Of a stretch of DNA of 64,000 nt, positions 61,098-64,000 are shown in pieces. Both the position numbers and the translations under genes were made by a program. The number at the start of each line of letters is the position of its first letter. Within the stretch, counting starts at the first letter, position 1. The notes under the pieces were generated by a model, which was given only the letters and a program-made list of their open reading frames with translations, had not been told where the DNA came from and ran no database searches. Source of the stretch: Bdellovibrionales bacterium (GTDB lineage Bacteria > Bdellovibrionota > Bdellovibrionia > Bdellovibrionales > UBA1609); contig OZ241456.1 of the NCBI GenBank assembly GCA_965200875.1, forward strand, positions 1,152,001 through 1,216,000, in the 5' to 3' direction.

Positions 61098-63533
61098 TCA
61101 GGAAAGTGTTTCTTTCTTAATTTCTATTTGTGTAAAACTTTCAATAATATCACCGGGTTTTAAATTTTTATTCTGATCAAGCCCGATTCCACATTCCTGC
61201 CCTTCCAAAACTTCCTTGGCGGATTGTTTAAATCTTTTTAAACTGCTGATTTTCCCCTCATAAATCACATTATTATCCCGAATCAAACGCGCTTTATGAT
61301 TTCCCATGATTTTTCCTTTGAGAACTTTACAACCGGCAATCATACCCACATTGGAAATAGGAAAGACCTGCTGGATCTCAGCCCGACCGCCAAAAGTTTC
61401 CTGAATTTCGGGATCCAAAAGACCTGCCATCATGCTTTCCATCTCTTTTAAGAGATCGTAAATCACTTTATAGGACTTTACGACAATTCCCTCCTGTTTA
61501 ATGATCTTTCGGGCTTTAGTGGATATAGAAACATTAAAACAAACCAATATAGCTCCTGATGCGCCAGCCAACAGAACATCACTCTCATTAACAGCACCTA
61601 AATTGGCATGCACAATTTTAGTGGATACTTCCTCTGTGTTAAGCTTCTCAATGGAATATTTAATAGCTTCCATACTCCCAACAACATCCGTTTTTAAAAC
61701 AACATTCAGTGTTTTTGATTTGTTTCCATGAGCTTTTAATAAGAGTTCGTCCACAGACAAATTGTTTATATCTTCACTGGCATTTTCTGTAACATTTTTC
61801 TTCTCTGATATAAAACGACGAGCCTCTTTTTCGTTTTTCACTGCGTAAAAAGACTCACCTGCCTGCACAGGCTGATCAAAACCAGAAATTTCCACAGGTA
61901 AACCTGGCCCTGCTGAAGAAACTGTCTTACCTATATCATTTGTCATCTGACGAACGCGCCCCACTTGGTTATCTGAAATTAAAACCTGGCCGGATTCAAG
62001 AGTCCCATCCTGTACCAACAGAGTCATAACCCATCCTCTTCCTTTTTCCAGCCGACTTTCAATAACAACACCTAAAGCCGAACGATTGGGATTCGCTTTC
62101 AGCTCATGCACTTCCGCTAAAAGCATAATATGTTCCAACAGTTCTTTAATGCCATTTCCTTTTAAAGCGGAAATTGGACAAAAGATAGTGTCCCCTCCCC
62201 ACTCTTCAGGAACCAACTCCAGCTCCATAAGCTGTTTTTTGACATTCTCGATATTGGAATGAGCCAAATCCGCCTTATTAACAGCTACAATAATGGGAAC
62301 TTTCGCATTTTTGGCGTGATTAATAGCCTCGACTGTTTGAGGTTGAACACCATCATCTCCAGCCACAACAATCACGACAATATCCGTTACTTTAGCTCCC
62401 CTAGCTCTCATGGTGGCAAACGCAGAATGGCCAGGAGTATCAATAAAAGTCACAAAGCTTTTACCAACCGGAACACTATATGCACCGATATGTTGAGTGA
62501 TGCCTCCTGCTTCCTGACTGGCAACACGACTTTTTCGGATATAATCCAGCAAAGTTGTTTTACCATGATTCACATGACCCATAACAGTTACCACAGGTGG
62601 CTTGTTTTGTTTTTCCCCGGATAATTTTCCAAAAAATAAAGATTCAATAAATTCATTTTTGCCTTTTTTTATATTTTTTACTTCAAAATTAAAAAAAGAA
62701 GCTATGACTTCCGCTGTTTCATAATCAAAGGCAGATGGGGTTTTTGAATCAGAAAATAACCCCTCAGCCATTATTTTTTTCATCAATTTTTTTTTCTTTA
62801 CCCCCATTTGATGTGCAATATCTTCAATAGAGATACTGTCATCACGCATTTTTATTATTCGTTTATAGGATTTTGGAGTTGTAATTTGTGTTTTTTTAAA
62901 CCCTGCTCCTGAAACAACTCGTTTTTTCTTTGGCTGAAAAATCACTTCTCTCTTTCTAAAGTCAGTCGCACGAAACTGTTGAACCTGACCTTCCTTTTCC
63001 AAAGAAGTTTTTTTCGGTTTTTTCTTCTCTGTAGACAAAGCGTCTGATGTGTCACTAATTTTTTTCAGGATCTCCTGTTGAGTTTCAGCGGAAACCAACC
63101 CTTGACGAATATGGCTGTTGGTAACCACACTGACAGACTGTGTTTCCTGCACAACCTCCATAACTTTTGATTCTGGCTTTTTATCAGCACTTTGCACTTC
63201 TTGGCGCATAGCTGATATTTTTGATTCTTCTGTGCGCGCTCTTCTGCGTATAACACCCGTGCGAAGGACAGGCTTTTCAGCGGAAATTATCTCATCTGAT
63301 CCTGTGGAAATATTTTTCTGAGTAACTCTTTTTTTTCTTACGGAGCTTTTTTTAACAGTGGCAGAGGGCACTAACTTTTTTTTATTTTCAAAAAAACCTC
63401 GTATTTTTTCCACATCATCCACACTTAAAGCCTGCATGTGGTTTTTTACAGATATATTATGTTCTTTACGAAGCTTATCCAAAAGATCCACGCTTCTCAA
63501 GTTCAAGTCTTTTGCCAGTTCATACACTTTCAT
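61098..63533 (-). CDS. infB: Translation initiation factor IF-2
   Basis: KVYELAK N-terminus; [38 protein letters not shown]. Confidence 0.98.
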   Translation of the reverse strand: MKVYELAKDLNLRSVDLLDKLRKEHNISVKNHMQALSVDDVEKIRGFFENKKKLVPSATVKKSSVRKKRVTQKNISTGSDEIISAEKPVLRTGVIRRRARTEESKISAMRQEVQSADKKPESKVMEVVQETQSVSVVTNSHIRQGLVSAETQQEILKKISDTSDALSTEKKKPKKTSLEKEGQVQQFRATDFRKREVIFQPKKKRVVSGAGFKKTQITTPKSYKRIIKMRDDSISIEDIAHQMGVKKKKLMKKIMAEGLFSDSKTPSAFDYETAEVIASFFNFEVKNIKKGKNEFIESLFFGKLSGEKQNKPPVVTVMGHVNHGKTTLLDYIRKSRVASQEAGGITQHIGAYSVPVGKSFVTFIDTPGHSAFATMRARGAKVTDIVVIVVAGDDGVQPQTVEAINHAKNAKVPIIVAVNKADLAHSNIENVKKQLMELELVPEEWGGDTIFCPISALKGNGIKELLEHIMLLAEVHELKANPNRSALGVVIESRLEKGRGWVMTLLVQDGTLESGQVLISDNQVGRVRQMTNDIGKTVSSAGPGLPVEISGFDQPVQAGESFYAVKNEKEARRFISEKKNVTENASEDINNLSVDELLLKAHGNKSKTLNVVLKTDVVGSMEAIKYSIEKLNTEEVSTKIVHANLGAVNESDVLLAGASGAILVCFNVSISTKARKIIKQEGIVVKSYKVIYDLLKEMESMMAGLLDPEIQETFGGRAEIQQVFPISNVGMIAGCKVLKGKIMGNHKARLIRDNNVIYEGKISSLKRFKQSAKEVLEGQECGIGLDQNKNLKPGDIIESFTQIEIKKETLS

Positions 63534-63561
63534 TAAAAAACCTCATAAGTCCAATACAAAA

Positions 63562-64000
63562 TTATTGTTTCGTCTGTTCCTTTTTTGTCTCCTTGGAGGA
63601 TTGATCGACAGAAGATTCTGCAGAATTTTCAGACGATTTTTTATCATTAGAAACAGAAGTATGATTCAAGGTCTCGGCTTTAGACTTTTCCCCGGAAGCT
63701 TTTGCCCCGCCGAACCTATTGGCAGTTTCGCCTCTATGGGTCGCTCCTTCTTTTAATTGAGCAAGCTCCTCTTTTAATTTTTGATCAGCCTGCGCTTTTA
63801 CATCCTTGGAAGAAGCCACTGGTCGTTTCTGAGTTTTTAAAGGAGGGGCTGAAGGAATTTCCATACCTTCCTCTTTGTATTTTTTCACCAAGTCCTTGGC
63901 TTTTTGAATCAGGTTCATAGCTGTTTCCTGTTTTTCATACCCGGGAATTAATATGAGCCGATCAACAGGAGATTCTGCAAGTTCCTGAAAAGAGGATATT
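63562..64000 (-). CDS. nusA: Probable C-terminus of NusA (partial, runs off the window)
   Basis: Frame open to the window edge: ISSFQELAESPVDRLILIPGY, an HhH-like acidic repeat; directly upstream of infB. Confidence 0.65.
   Translation of the reverse strand, partial: ISSFQELAESPVDRLILIPGYEKQETAMNLIQKAKDLVKKYKEEGMEIPSAPPLKTQKRPVASSKDVKAQADQKLKEELAQLKEGATHRGETANRFGGAKASGEKSKAETLNHTSVSNDKKSSENSAESSVDQSSKETKKEQTKQ

Overview
AT-rich bacterial chromosomal window. The gene content and protein style (rpsO-pnp, nusA-infB-rbfA, many signal-peptide and Cys-rich proteins, a GTSQA-type subtilase) suggest a Bdellovibrionota-like organism, but this is only an inference. Most of the window is housekeeping: the S10-spc ribosomal cluster with secY, pnp, sucB, gor, aconitase, ppdK, a type II glutamine synthetase, purA, serS, infB, tRNA-Ala(GGC) and tRNA-Arg(CCG). 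The standout is an accessory island at about 22.2-29.5 kb between aconitase and ppdK. It is a same-strand array of small secreted-protein genes (mostly pentapeptide-repeat proteins). The units follow the plan leader/RBS, gene, terminator, then a ~157-bp imperfect palindrome (4 full copies plus 1 right half). The array ends against a convergent, N-terminally truncated serine recombinase gene and is bracketed by a 264-bp direct repeat from a broken Rpn/YhgA-type gene. This looks like an integron-like cassette array that may be driven by a serine recombinase. Other notable points: two Rpn genes with internal RBS/ATG starts (one with a duplication beginning at that start), no rplX or rpsN in the spc operon, long charged extensions on L3/L29/L15/S5, an orphan type III Mod methyltransferase, a small MITE/REP-like family and two single-base frameshifts.
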